A DNA stretch of 64,000 nucleotides from Myxococcales bacterium. GTDB taxonomy: Bacteria; Desulfobacterota; Binatia; UTPRO1; JBBIJE01. The DNA lies in contig JBBIJE010000015.1 in the NCBI GenBank assembly GCA_037446155.1, forward strand, positions 11,318 through 75,317, written 5' to 3'. The notes under the pieces were generated by a model, which had not been told where the DNA came from, ran no database searches, and saw only the letters and a list, made by a program, of their open reading frames with translations. Shown one piece after another: positions 18,002-28,245 of this stretch. Within the stretch, counting starts at the first letter, position 1; each line of letters opens with the position of its first letter. Position numbers and translations under genes: made by a program.

Positions 18002-19063
18002 GTGAGTTTCAGTGCTCGCTTCGTTTCTACGACGGGTTCCCCGGAGCCGGAAGCGTTTTTCTACTGCCGATCGTTTACCGCCGCTAACCTGAAGCGCCTC
18101 AGGCGCCGGGTATTAGCTCGAGGCAACGGCGAAGCGGCTCGTGGTCGAGTCGAGCTGCTCGTTACCCCGGACGAGCACGAGTTCGCTCGGGCGGCTTTGG
18201 AGCGGGTCGGGTGTGGCGACATTGCCGTCTCCGTAATACCCCATCCCGAGCCTCTTCCCCGTCCGCGGGCCGCTCCAAGCTCGCGAACGCGCAGGCGCCA
18301 GGATCCCTTCGGTTTCGATCCGGCTTTTCGCGCGAAAGTCGCACCCATCTTTAAGTTTCTTTACCATCGGTATTGGCGGGTCGAGACCCAAGGCGTGGAG
18401 AACATTCCGCGGCGGGGCAAGGCGATACTCATCGCCAACCACTCGGGGGCGGTGCCCTTCGATGCCACGATGATATCGGTGGCGGCGCAATTCGAGCACC
18501 GCCCGGGGCGCGTCGTGCGCTTTCTCTACGATCGTTTCGTGAAAGACATGCCGCTCGTGCCGAGGTTCTTTTCGCGAGTCGGGGCGGTCGAAGCGACGCT
18601 CGACAACGCGCGGGCTCTGTTGCGGGAAGGCGAGCTCATAGGCCTCTTTCCCGAGGGAACGGAGGGGGTGGCGAAAGGATTCGCGAAGCGATACGAGCTT
18701 CAGCCTTTCCACACGGGCTTCTTGCGCCTCGCCTTGGAGGAGCGCGCGCCGCTGATTCCTGCGGTCGTGGTGGGAGCCGAAGAGACCTACCCGGTGATCG
18801 GGCGGATCGAGTCGCTGGGGCGATTGCTCGGTGCGCCCTACCTTCCGCTCACGCCGTTTTTCCCGATGCTGGGGGTGGTCGGCATGATTCCACTGCCCAC
18901 CAAGTGGAAGATGAGATTCGGAAAGCCCATCTGGCCCTCGCGCCGGCGGTGGGGGGCCGGGCCCGACGAAGGGTTCGTTTGCCGCCAGTGCGAAGAGATC
19001 CGGGAGCAGATGCAGGCCATGCTTTACGAACTCAGAGGAAGCCAGCGCTCGCTTTTCTTCTAG
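18002..19063 (+). CDS. Lysophospholipid acyltransferase family protein with N-terminal extension
   Basis: NHSGAVPFD (HX4D), FPEG, QDPFGFD. GTG at 18002 follows GGAGGT. Confidence 0.85.
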   Translation: MSFSARFVSTTGSPEPEAFFYCRSFTAANLKRLRRRVLARGNGEAARGRVELLVTPDEHEFARAALERVGCGDIAVSVIPHPEPLPRPRAAPSSRTRRRQDPFGFDPAFRAKVAPIFKFLYHRYWRVETQGVENIPRRGKAILIANHSGAVPFDATMISVAAQFEHRPGRVVRFLYDRFVKDMPLVPRFFSRVGAVEATLDNARALLREGELIGLFPEGTEGVAKGFAKRYELQPFHTGFLRLALEERAPLIPAVVVGAEETYPVIGRIESLGRLLGAPYLPLTPFFPMLGVVGMIPLPTKWKMRFGKPIWPSRRRWGAGPDEGFVCRQCEEIREQMQAMLYELRGSQRSLFF

Positions 19064-19105
19064 TAAGCTTTAGGTGGCTTGGGGCGCAATTCGCGCCTTC
19101 GCTTC

Positions 19106-21913
19106 TCAGCCGGTATTCCGAAGGCCTGCCGCGATTCCGTTTATCGTGAGCAAGATCGCGTGGCGCAGCAGATCACGGGCCGTCTTGAAGCGGTCGCAGG
19201 GGCGTGCGACGCGCGCCCTCTTTCGGGCCAAAAGGGCAACCTGGCAATAGCTCAGGGCGTCGATGTAGGGCTCTCGCACCGCAAGCGAGCGCTTGAGCAC
19301 GGGCGTGGCTTCGAGCAGTTCCTTTTGACTCGTGACCCGGAGCAAAGCTTGGGTAACGCGTCGGTGCTCTTCCACGAGCACTCGGAAAACGCGGTTGCGT
19401 ATCGGTGCCCGCGCGAGCCGTTCTGCATACTGACGGGCTATGTGTAGGTCGGTCTTGGCGAGGGTCATCTCGACATCCGAAACGAGGCTTCTAAAAAAGG
19501 GCCAGCGCCGCCACATTTCCTTTAGCAGCCGCTCGCCGGGCCTGCCATGTTTTGCAAGGAAGGAGGCTAGGGCCGTGCCTACTCCGAACCAGCCCGGCAG
19601 AAGGTGTCGGCTCTGAGTCCAGGCGAACACCCAGGGGATCGCTCGCAGCCCTTCGATCCCAGAGCCGCCGCGGGGTCTGTGCGTGGGGCGCGATCCGATC
19701 TTGAGCTCCGCGATCTCCTCGATCGGGGTGGCTTCGGTGAAATACGCGAACAATGCCGGGTCTTCGATCACGAATTCACGGTAGGCACGATAGGACCTCT
19801 GCGCCAGCTCCTCCATGGTCTCGTGCCAGTGATCGGGATCCGGCACCGGCCCACCGCCTCGCAAGTCCCTAGCCGTCGCTTCGATGACCGCCGAGGTGAC
19901 CAACTCAAGACTTCGCTCGGCCATGTCGCGAAAGCCGTATTTCGAGGAGATCACCTCTCCTTGCTCCGTAATGCTGATCTTCCCTCGGACCGTGGCGGGC
20001 GGTTGGGCGAGGATGGCAAGATTGGCCGGGCCCCCGCCCCGCCCCACGCTTCCCCCTCGGCCGTGGAAAAGCTCTATGCTTGCACCGTGGCGCTCGGCGA
20101 CCCGCCACAGCTCTTGCTGCGCCAGGTAGAGCTGCCAGCGCGAAGCGAGGAGCCCCGCGGCTTTGTTGCTATCCGAATAACCGAGCATGATCCTCTGAAG
20201 ATTGCCCCGAGCCGCGACCTGTCGCGCGAAGACGGGGTTTCGGAAAAGCGAATCCATGATTGCGGGAGCCTCCTTGAGATCCTCCACCGTTTCGAAAAGC
20301 GGCACGATCGAAAGCTCCGACCTGGGTCGATCTTTTGGACCGAGGCTCGCAAGGCCCGCTTCCTTGGCGAAAAGGAGCGCCTCGAGCACGTGGCTTGCCC
20401 GCGTCGTCATGCTGATGACGTAGGTATCGACGGCGTCGGGAGAGAGCTCCTCAAGGGCTCTCTTCACGGTTCTAAATACATTGACGGTCTCGTTCGTCTC
20501 CCAGGAAAATTCGAGACTCTCGGGGATCAGGGGCCGGCGGGAGGCGATCTCGCGGCTCAGCCAATCCTGGCGCTCGGCCTCCGAGAGCGCGCCGTAGGGC
20601 TTCTTCAGAATACCGAGAGCCTTGGTAATCTCATGCAAGGCTTCCGTGTGGCGCAACGCGTGCTGGCGGATGTCCACCTTGGCCAGGTGGAGGCCGAACG
20701 CCGCGGCCTGACAGATCATTCTTCGCGCCGTCAGATCGGCCGCCCTCAGGCCCCGGTTGGCGGACAGGCTCTCGTGGATGAGCATGAGATCGTCGAGGAG
20801 TTCCTCTCCGCTGCGGTAAAAGGTGCCGGCAGCGGCACGGTCCCCCCTCAGTGTGTTCACGAGCTTTTGCCATATGAAAGAGCACTTGAGCCGGTAGGGC
20901 TCGTAGCGGTTCCTGCGGCCGTACTCCTCCATCACTTCGGGAAGAAGCTCGGCGTCGCGCGCGATGGAGCTTAGGAGCGCGCGGCTCGCCGGCACGATCC
21001 GGGTCGACTGACTCAGTCTGCGCGCCAGCTCCTCGACAGCGCCTATGTGCTTGCGCAACACCCGTTCCCTGAGAAAGGCCAGGGTCTTTAGGGTGACTTC
21101 GCAGGTGACCGCCGGATTGCCGTCCCGGTCTCCACCTACCCAGGATCTGAACCTTATGGGGGTGGCCCGGGGGTGGAGTCTCAAACCGAAGGTCTCGCGC
21201 AGTTGGCGATCGAGCTCCAGGTAGAAATCGGGAAGGCGGTCGTAGAGTATTTCCTCGAAATAGTATGTTGTATTTTTTACCTCGTCCAGGACCGTCGGGG
21301 GCTCGGCGCGGATCTCGTCCGTCTGCCAGATTCGCTCGAGTATCTCGGCGAGCTCCCCCTGGATAACGCGCCGCCTCGTTCTTCCCAGCCTGGGATCGTC
21401 GCGCTCCTCGAGAAGGCGGGTTATCTCCCGGTGCTTCAAGCGGATCGACCGGCGAGCCACCTCCGTGGGGTGGGCCGTGAAGACGAGCTCTATCGCAAGG
21501 TGGGGCAGGAGCGAGCGCATCGTTGTCGGGGCCACGCCGCTTTTGCGCAGGCGCAGCAAAGTTTCGGCCAGCGAGCCGGGCTGTGGACTGTCGGGTCGCA
21601 GCCGCTGCCACTGCCTGCGGCGGCGGGTGCGGTGGTATTCCTCGGCGCTATTGGCGAGCTGGAGATAGGTGGCGAAGGCACGGATCAAGTGGATAGCGCT
21701 TTTGGGATCGAGCCGCCCGAGCTTAGCGAGCAGGCGCTTTTCCAGCTTCGGATCGAATTTCTGTCTGAGCTTCTTGCAGGTAAGCCGCACATCTTCTTCC
21801 AGGTCGAAGAGCTTCTCGCCGCACTGGGCTTTGAGGGTGTGCCCGAGAAGGTCGCCGAGCAGCCTGATGTCGTCTCGTAGCGGCTGGTCCTTGTCGCTTC
21901 TGGCCGCGGCCAT
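19106..21913 (-). CDS. ppc: Phosphoenolpyruvate carboxylase
   Basis: VFTAHPTE, SWVGGDRDGNP, MLGYSDSNK, FHGRGGSVGRGG, LRAIPWVF, C-terminal GLRNTG. Confidence 0.97.
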   Translation of the reverse strand: MAAARSDKDQPLRDDIRLLGDLLGHTLKAQCGEKLFDLEEDVRLTCKKLRQKFDPKLEKRLLAKLGRLDPKSAIHLIRAFATYLQLANSAEEYHRTRRRRQWQRLRPDSPQPGSLAETLLRLRKSGVAPTTMRSLLPHLAIELVFTAHPTEVARRSIRLKHREITRLLEERDDPRLGRTRRRVIQGELAEILERIWQTDEIRAEPPTVLDEVKNTTYYFEEILYDRLPDFYLELDRQLRETFGLRLHPRATPIRFRSWVGGDRDGNPAVTCEVTLKTLAFLRERVLRKHIGAVEELARRLSQSTRIVPASRALLSSIARDAELLPEVMEEYGRRNRYEPYRLKCSFIWQKLVNTLRGDRAAAGTFYRSGEELLDDLMLIHESLSANRGLRAADLTARRMICQAAAFGLHLAKVDIRQHALRHTEALHEITKALGILKKPYGALSEAERQDWLSREIASRRPLIPESLEFSWETNETVNVFRTVKRALEELSPDAVDTYVISMTTRASHVLEALLFAKEAGLASLGPKDRPRSELSIVPLFETVEDLKEAPAIMDSLFRNPVFARQVAARGNLQRIMLGYSDSNKAAGLLASRWQLYLAQQELWRVAERHGASIELFHGRGGSVGRGGGPANLAILAQPPATVRGKISITEQGEVISSKYGFRDMAERSLELVTSAVIEATARDLRGGGPVPDPDHWHETMEELAQRSYRAYREFVIEDPALFAYFTEATPIEEIAELKIGSRPTHRPRGGSGIEGLRAIPWVFAWTQSRHLLPGWFGVGTALASFLAKHGRPGERLLKEMWRRWPFFRSLVSDVEMTLAKTDLHIARQYAERLARAPIRNRVFRVLVEEHRRVTQALLRVTSQKELLEATPVLKRSLAVREPYIDALSYCQVALLARKRARVARPCDRFKTARDLLRHAILLTINGIAAGLRNTG

Positions 21914-21918
21914 TCGAG

Positions 21919-23205
21919 CTAATCCAAGGCGGCAAGCGGCAAGGGCGCGGCGATGAATTGGCGGACGCGCTCGTATACCGCCTCGAAGGGCTCGGAGCCC
22001 GCCACAAAGTATTGGACACCATTTTCGACGGCCGCTGGTTTCACCGCCCCAACGAGCTCCAGCATGCGCACGTGCACGAAGGCTTCCTGCCCGGCTAGGG
22101 GATTGAAGCTGTCGCGGTCCACGGCGACATCGAAATAGCCCTCCATGGTGGCAATGTCCCACACCGAGGCGGGCCGAGCGAGCCTCTCGTAAGCCAGCTT
22201 CAAGCGCCTGCGGTGGTGGGCTTTAAGGAACGCAGCCCTGGCCGCCAGATCTCTTATGGGAAGGCCATGGCCCGGCAGGACGAGCGCGACGTCGGTAGCC
22301 ATTTCCAGATCGCCCAGGCTGCGCAGGTATTGGGGCAGGTTGTTGGGGTGGGGGGTTGTCGGATCGAGCAGGAGATCCCCGCAAAGCATGATTTTGGGAT
22401 CCGAGGCCTCGCCCACGAAGAGGCAGATGCTGCCTGGCGAGTGCCCCGGCAAGTTCCTTACCTCTATGAGACTAGACTTTCGCCCGCGCAGCTCCAGGGG
22501 CCCATCCCACGCGATCGGCCGGTGAACCGCAAGCCCCAGAGTCAATTGCCCCCATCCCCCTCGGAGGGTGTCCGGCCCCCGACGCGGTGGCATCCCCAAG
22601 GCGAGCATCTGCGGTCTTCGTCGCACCCACGTTCTCAGGACCTCCCAAGGGTTGCATATCATGTCGGTATCCAGTACATGAGCCGCCACTTCGATCGCCC
22701 GGTTGCGCTCCAAAAGCCTGCGCCCGAGAAGGTAGTGGTCGAAGTGCCCGTGCGTGATGACGAGGCGGGTTATTCTGTCGATCGTGTATCCGATCGCGAT
22801 GAGTCCCTCTTCGAGCTGCCTCTCGCTCAAGTCGTCGGGCAGGCTCGCTACGTCAGGCGGCATGCGCTGATTGCGCCAGTTGTAGAGGAGGAGCTTGGCG
22901 AGATAGGTATCGATACCACTGTCGACCAGAACCAGCTCGTCGGCGTCGGGGATGAGATAGAGGTGGGTAGGGCCCGGTCCGATGTTCGAGGGACAAAATG
23001 TGGTCAGCCGCCAAACGCAGGCGCCGCTCGGTAGCTCGTAAAGCGTAACCCCTCCGCCCACCGGAGTGTCGGGGCGCACGGCCTTCTCCCTTATGGCGCA
23101 TTCCTTTGCCGTCTTCACGGTCATGGGAGGATCAAGCTTAACAAGCGCCTCGAGTGAATCAACTCGCCCGCTTGGGTTCAAGCGCATTTCGTCGCGCTGC
23201 GCCAC
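21919..23205 (-). CDS. MBL-fold metallo-hydrolase
   Basis: THGHFDHY, PGHSPG, CGD, LPGHG. Confidence 0.85.
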   Translation of the reverse strand: MAQRDEMRLNPSGRVDSLEALVKLDPPMTVKTAKECAIREKAVRPDTPVGGGVTLYELPSGACVWRLTTFCPSNIGPGPTHLYLIPDADELVLVDSGIDTYLAKLLLYNWRNQRMPPDVASLPDDLSERQLEEGLIAIGYTIDRITRLVITHGHFDHYLLGRRLLERNRAIEVAAHVLDTDMICNPWEVLRTWVRRRPQMLALGMPPRRGPDTLRGGWGQLTLGLAVHRPIAWDGPLELRGRKSSLIEVRNLPGHSPGSICLFVGEASDPKIMLCGDLLLDPTTPHPNNLPQYLRSLGDLEMATDVALVLPGHGLPIRDLAARAAFLKAHHRRRLKLAYERLARPASVWDIATMEGYFDVAVDRDSFNPLAGQEAFVHVRMLELVGAVKPAAVENGVQYFVAGSEPFEAVYERVRQFIAAPLPLAALD

Positions 23206-23399
23206 GCTCGCCTTGGAGAAGCTTTGTTCGCGGTCTCGTGGCAGATCCCTCCGGTGTCTATGGGTGAAGCGCTTGGGCGCAAGCGAGGCATGGCTAACGC
23301 TTTGCGCAGCCAGGGCCGGCGGCCGCGGCCCATGCGAACCTTGCCGTGGGCGCGTTGCCGGGTGGGCTCAGTTCGGCGCCTCGCCCTCGGTCGAGAAGA

Positions 23400-24950
23400 T
23401 CACGGGCCGGGCACCTGCTCGCCGCACTTGCGAATCCGCTTATCCCCGGAGATAGGGGGCGGCGGCATCGTCCAGTAATTGGTGGTGGAGAAGCATTGCT
23501 CGCCCGCAAAAAGCGTCAGGGTCAGCACCTCTCTGTCCGCGTTTCGCAGCACGCCAGTCATGCCGGGAGCCAAGGCCGGCTGGATTCTTCCCCGTACCTT
23601 GTACATCCCGCCGTGGGGCTTGAATGTCAAGGATTTGATACCATCGTAGCGGCCCGCCGGGTCTCTGAACTTCCAGCGTCGGCCACTGCCGCTGATCTTC
23701 CCGGGGGGAATCGTGCCCCGGTAGATCTCACCGTCACTATCGCTCAAAACTATGACCAGGCCGGTTGCCGCGAGATCTGCGGTTTCACTCAGAGGCACAT
23801 GCAACCCGGAAAGCTTGAAGTTATCCATTTCGGGCTGCGGGGCGAATCTTATCTTCGGGGGATGCCTCCGGCACCACATGTCGTCGCAAGGGATGGCGGG
23901 CGTAGGCGTCGGGGTTGGCTCCGGTGTTCGAGTGGGAGTGGGGGTAGGAGTGGGCGTCGGCGGCTGCTCGCAACAAAAGCCCTGATTGCCTAGATCCGAC
24001 GAGATCGTGTTGCCAAAGATGTGCCCGCCGATGAAGTTGCTGTTGCCGAGCCTGATAAATCCGAAGGGCGCGCAAAGGTCCAATGTTATGAGCCCGCCTT
24101 TACCGAACGAGACGCCGAAATTGCCGGATCGCCCACCTTCGAAGTTGACCCTGAGCGTGCCGCATCCCGCGACCACGATGACCTCGTCGCCGAAACGCAT
24201 TTCCGCGGTCTCGGCCACGTTAAGCGTCGTTTGGCCCCCAAACGACATGGTGACCCTTTTCCCGTTCTGGTAGGAGGCCAGGTCGTACACGCCGCCGAGA
24301 AAGTGTATCTTCGCGTCGTTGCGAACTGCCACGTCTCCGTAGGTCCCCGCGGGGAGGTCGCAAACCCCGTTTCCTGGATTCGGATCGAACGAGGGCGGGC
24401 ACACGGGCCCCGTGCAGGCGAACTGGCAGTCGCTTCCGCCTGCCAGCACCGTGACATCCATATCGTTCATTTCGAAGGTCACGGGAAAATCATCCCCCGC
24501 AAGCTCGTTGCAGGCCGCGATGAACGTGTCGACCGCTCCGTCGGCGAGGATGGGGCAGACGAAGCCCTCGGCTGGAAAGTTGGGATCGCCAGGATCTCCA
24601 GGATGGCGGACGGTGGACCGATCCAGGGAGCAGTCATTGCAGAATGCCTGGTACATGGTACCAGGACTTACGCCGCCCACCACGAGGCGGTCGCCCACGA
24701 TTTGGGTCATATCGGCGAAAACGATCCCAGCGCCGTTCACGCCGTCGCCGCTGGAAACCGCGCACCGATTGGTGCCGACGTTGCAACCCTCGCTCAGCAG
24801 TCGGTAATCTTTGAGCGTGGCGGCACTCTGTGCCAGAATATGGTAATCGGCCGGAACGCGCCTGATGGGTATGTGGTCTGCCCAGCCATTGGCGCTCCAA
24901 AAAAGGGCGAACATTGCGCAAAACGGCACTGTGCGAAGTTTCTGGCTCAT
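23400..24950 (-). CDS. Secreted Cys-containing beta-solenoid protein with PT linker (paralog of the 8662-10788 N-terminal domain)
   Basis: Signal peptide ending GWA; LPAGTYGDVAVRNDAKIHFLGGVY; (PT)n linker; C-terminal beta domain with WKFRD. Confidence 0.75.
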   Translation of the reverse strand: MSQKLRTVPFCAMFALFWSANGWADHIPIRRVPADYHILAQSAATLKDYRLLSEGCNVGTNRCAVSSGDGVNGAGIVFADMTQIVGDRLVVGGVSPGTMYQAFCNDCSLDRSTVRHPGDPGDPNFPAEGFVCPILADGAVDTFIAACNELAGDDFPVTFEMNDMDVTVLAGGSDCQFACTGPVCPPSFDPNPGNGVCDLPAGTYGDVAVRNDAKIHFLGGVYDLASYQNGKRVTMSFGGQTTLNVAETAEMRFGDEVIVVAGCGTLRVNFEGGRSGNFGVSFGKGGLITLDLCAPFGFIRLGNSNFIGGHIFGNTISSDLGNQGFCCEQPPTPTPTPTPTRTPEPTPTPTPAIPCDDMWCRRHPPKIRFAPQPEMDNFKLSGLHVPLSETADLAATGLVIVLSDSDGEIYRGTIPPGKISGSGRRWKFRDPAGRYDGIKSLTFKPHGGMYKVRGRIQPALAPGMTGVLRNADREVLTLTLFAGEQCFSTTNYWTMPPPPISGDKRIRKCGEQVPGP

Positions 24951-25405
24951 GAAACCAGCCTCCAACCTTGGCGTGGCTCGGCTCGTCCCGGCGCGTGTCG
25001 CGGGAAAGCGAACTCCCTAACTCTGCTGCGCCACGGCCCGCTTGCCGCCGAAGGTGCGCGAGCCCTGCAACTGCGATCGATCACGCTATACTTACCAAAA
25101 AAGCGCCATGCCTGCCAGCGAAACCTCATCTGCACAGGGTACTACATGGGACCAAAAGAGATCGGCATACGGGACTAGTACGCTTGGCCGCGCGAAACCC
25201 CGCATCGCGACGCTTCGCTCGTCAGGGCGAAGGGCCAGCGCGCCCTTTGGCTTGTGATCCCGTGGGTCCGCCAAGCGGATTGTGGGCTGGTGGGTGCTTT
25301 AAAGGCGCAGGGAAGTCGAAGGCGGGCAAAACTCTAAAAGCCGCCAAGCTGCCTGCGCGGCAGCGATGCGCGGCATCTCTGCCGCGGGTTAACGCTCGGA
25401 CGGCA

Positions 25406-25435
25406 TTGACGCGCCGGGTGTGAAGGTCCTACTCT
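25406..25435 (+). promoter_or_regulatory. Sigma-70-like promoter candidate for the PadR gene
   Basis: TTGACG-N18-TACTCT, ~70 nt upstream of the ATG, which has an AGGAGG RBS. Confidence 0.4.
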
Positions 25436-25506
25436 ACGTTGGCCGTTTCCCTTGTCGGCGATTTCGGCCTGCGGGCGGGAGGAAAAAAACTATAGGAGGT
25501 GCGCCG

Positions 25507-26097
25507 ATGACGCTGCGATACGCGATTCTTGTGCTCTTGAGCGAGGAGCCGAGTCATGGTTACCGGCTGAAGCGGCGGCTCGAAGAGACCGTGGGCTCCC
25601 TATGGCAGGTCAACGTTGGGCAGGTTTACCAGACCTTGGCCCAGCTCGACCGACAGGGGTTGGCAAGAAGCAGGATGGAGGCAACGGATCAGCTCAAGGT
25701 GCGCAAGGTGTACGAGATAACCGAAAAGGGGAGAAGGGCGCTGGCTACCTGGCTCAAGCGGCGTCCCTCCAAGCCGGGACCGATTCGCCCCGAGATTGTA
25801 GTCAGACTGATAGCCCTCGAGAGTGGAGAATACCAGCAAGCGTTGGAGCAGCTTCGGGCGGAGGAGGAGGTTTATCTAACGTATCTAGAGCGCTTGAATG
25901 GCTCCGGGGAGCCGGCGCGCTCCCTCGTGGCGGAGGGAGGCTCCTTCAGGGTGAGGGATCTCGCTTTGGATATAGCGGTTTGCCAAGCCCGGGCGCACCT
26001 CGGGTGGCTCAGGTCATGGCGTGAGCAGCTCGAGCGCTTTCGGTCTTCCCCTGCCTTGGCCGAGCGCAAGGCCTTGGGGCTGCAAATTGGGCAATAG
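25507..26097 (+). CDS. PadR family transcriptional regulator
   Basis: LRYAILVLL, HGYRLK, GQVYQTLAQL, RKVYEITEKG; long C-terminal helical domain. Confidence 0.92.
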   Translation: MTLRYAILVLLSEEPSHGYRLKRRLEETVGSLWQVNVGQVYQTLAQLDRQGLARSRMEATDQLKVRKVYEITEKGRRALATWLKRRPSKPGPIRPEIVVRLIALESGEYQQALEQLRAEEEVYLTYLERLNGSGEPARSLVAEGGSFRVRDLALDIAVCQARAHLGWLRSWREQLERFRSSPALAERKALGLQIGQ

Positions 26098-26128
26098 TGG
26101 ACGCAGGGTCGGCAGGATCCTGACCCGT

Positions 26129-26830
26129 CTAGCTTGCCGTGGCTGGGAGGGTTTGGATCCTGACCTCCGGGATCGCCAGGAGAGTATCGAGGAAGGCGTG
26201 ATGCTCGGCATGGGTGCGGCAGTAGGAGAATCTCGCAACGGCTTTGTCGCCACGGGTTGCGAACTCCTCGACCCTAACATGCCGTCCGGCTGACGCCAGC
26301 ACCGCCTCCAAGCGGATTCGGGCACGCGGCTCCGCTTCGGCCACCGTGGCTTCCAAACGGGCGAAATCGCAGGCGCCGGATATGTGCTCCTCCAACCGCC
26401 CCAAAAGAATGAGCGTGGCGAGCGTAAGCACCGTAGCCGCAAAGCCAAGTAGCGGGAAACCGGCCCCGACCGCCATGCCGATACCTGCAACGAGCCAGAT
26501 CGACGCCGCCGTGGTAAGCCCCTGAACCGTCACTCCGGAGCGAAGAATCGCGCCCGCTCCGAGAAATCCTATGCCTGTCACTACCCCAGCCGCGATTCTC
26601 GCCGACTCGGCCGGAGTTCGCGCGATGTACTTGGCCACGAGTTCGGAGACAGTCATGTATATGGCTGCCCCGAGACAAATCAGTATGTTCGTCCGAAGCC
26701 CTGCGGTCTTCCCTCGGATCTCGCGCTCGAGGCCGACCATCGCGCCGCAGAAAAACGCGACCGCCAAGCGAAGAAGGATGGGGACCGTCGTCCGCGCGAT
26801 CTCCTCTGTGCTCTCGAAGCTGAAGTTCAA
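26129..26830 (-). CDS. MgtC/SapB family membrane protein
   Basis: GLERE, AGLRTNILICLG, RIAAGVVTGIGFLGAG, GLTTAASIW. Probable TTG start at 26830. Confidence 0.9.
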   Translation of the reverse strand: MNFSFESTEEIARTTVPILLRLAVAFFCGAMVGLEREIRGKTAGLRTNILICLGAAIYMTVSELVAKYIARTPAESARIAAGVVTGIGFLGAGAILRSGVTVQGLTTAASIWLVAGIGMAVGAGFPLLGFAATVLTLATLILLGRLEEHISGACDFARLEATVAEAEPRARIRLEAVLASAGRHVRVEEFATRGDKAVARFSYCRTHAEHHAFLDTLLAIPEVRIQTLPATAS

Positions 26831-26876
26831 TCCGCTTCCCCCTCGTTCAACACATATACCGCAGCACAACCCCCCT

Positions 26877-28010
26877 TCAATCGGAGAAAAAGCGACGAAA
26901 AGCGGGGGGAAGCTCTTGCGGGGCGGGGAGGGGCCCGATCGCCTGAGTAGGGTCCGACGAAGAGTACGTGAGCCAGAAAAGGAGAGGCTCGCGCGAAAGG
27001 TGCGAAAGCTTCGCTTCCCTGGCGAGGGCGGCGAAGGCCTTGGCGGTGTAGACCGGGTCGAGGGTAATGGGGCCGAGCCGCTCGGCAAGCTCGATCATTT
27101 CGCTGCCGGCTGCCGTAGGATGCCCGTACCCCCGCCCGAGTTCGCTCGCCACGAGCCGGATGTCCTCGGGGGCCACGCGGATCGGGGGGATGCGCGGCGA
27201 GGCGCGGCGCAACAAGTCGAGGGTGCGGTTAGCCAAGCGCGCCATGCTTCGATTGTTCGGCGGCATAATATCGTTTACCAGGACACCGACGATCCGGGTC
27301 GGCAAGCCGGCAAGCTTGAGACCGGCGGCGAGTCCCGCGCAGGTTCCCCCGGATCCGGCCGCGACGAAGATCGCCCGCGGGCAGGGCAAAAGGCCGGCCC
27401 TTGCCTGGTCGGCCAGCTCCATTGCGGCTGCCACCTGACCCACGGTTCCCATCGGGTTCGAGCCACCCGCGGGAACGATCATAGGCGGCATGCCGTCCTT
27501 TACCGTTCGTCGGAGGATAACCGCGGCGGCTGCGGAAACGGTGCGGGAAAGCTTGCCTCCGTACACCAGTTCGGCCCCCAAAGCCGCGAACCGCAAGAGG
27601 GAAAGACGCACGCGCTCGGTGACAGGCTGATCGACGAGAACCAGCGTGACCGCGATCCCCGCCTCGCGACAAGCCAGGCAGGTGGCCAATCCGTGATTGG
27701 TCCCGAGGGCGCCGAAGGTCATGATGCGCCTCACCCCCGCTCGCCTGGCCGATCCCAACAGGAATTCTAACTTCCTCGGTTTGTTGCCACCGTAAACGGT
27801 GCCACTCATGTCGTCTCGCTTGACCCAGAGGCTCTCGAGTCCGAGCGCGCCGCCGAGCGCGTCCAATCTTTCGACCGGCGTGGGCAGGTTGGTCAAGGGG
27901 AAAACCGCCAAAGAGCGCTCGAGTTCCGGATAGGCTCGAAGCAAGGCGTTGGGCTGGTGGGAGAGGCCGCAGCGAGCCTCGGTCGAGGGATGCGAGAGCC
28001 CTGCATTCAT
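26877..28010 (-). CDS. PLP-dependent D-cysteine desulfhydrase / ACC deaminase family protein
   Basis: PTPV, VKRDD, GGNKPRKLEF (PLP lysine), GSGGTCAGL, LDPVYTAKAF. Confidence 0.9.
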   Translation of the reverse strand: MNAGLSHPSTEARCGLSHQPNALLRAYPELERSLAVFPLTNLPTPVERLDALGGALGLESLWVKRDDMSGTVYGGNKPRKLEFLLGSARRAGVRRIMTFGALGTNHGLATCLACREAGIAVTLVLVDQPVTERVRLSLLRFAALGAELVYGGKLSRTVSAAAAVILRRTVKDGMPPMIVPAGGSNPMGTVGQVAAAMELADQARAGLLPCPRAIFVAAGSGGTCAGLAAGLKLAGLPTRIVGVLVNDIMPPNNRSMARLANRTLDLLRRASPRIPPIRVAPEDIRLVASELGRGYGHPTAAGSEMIELAERLGPITLDPVYTAKAFAALAREAKLSHLSREPLLFWLTYSSSDPTQAIGPLPAPQELPPAFRRFFSD

Positions 28011-28245
28011 CGCCTCCCTCATAGCACTTCGGCGGATCGGTGGCGAGGCTCGTCGACGCCGCAACCTTCGGCCGCAGTCACCATCGGAGCGGGAGATCGG
28101 ACCGGCAGGGGTGGGCCTGGCCAAGCGTTCCGCCCATGCGATAGGTGTGATGGTACTAGATTCGTCATCCTTTCTCGAGCGGCGAGCAGTTGAAGCCTCG
28201 CGCTGATCGTTGACGTTTGCTCGGGTGCGTGCGATCTTTCGAGGC

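Noticed and set aside
25094-25109. Possible sigma-54 site upstream of the 23400-24950 gene (TGGCGCT-TTTT-TGGT)
   Set aside because: The -12 element lacks the conserved GC, so it is too weak to call.
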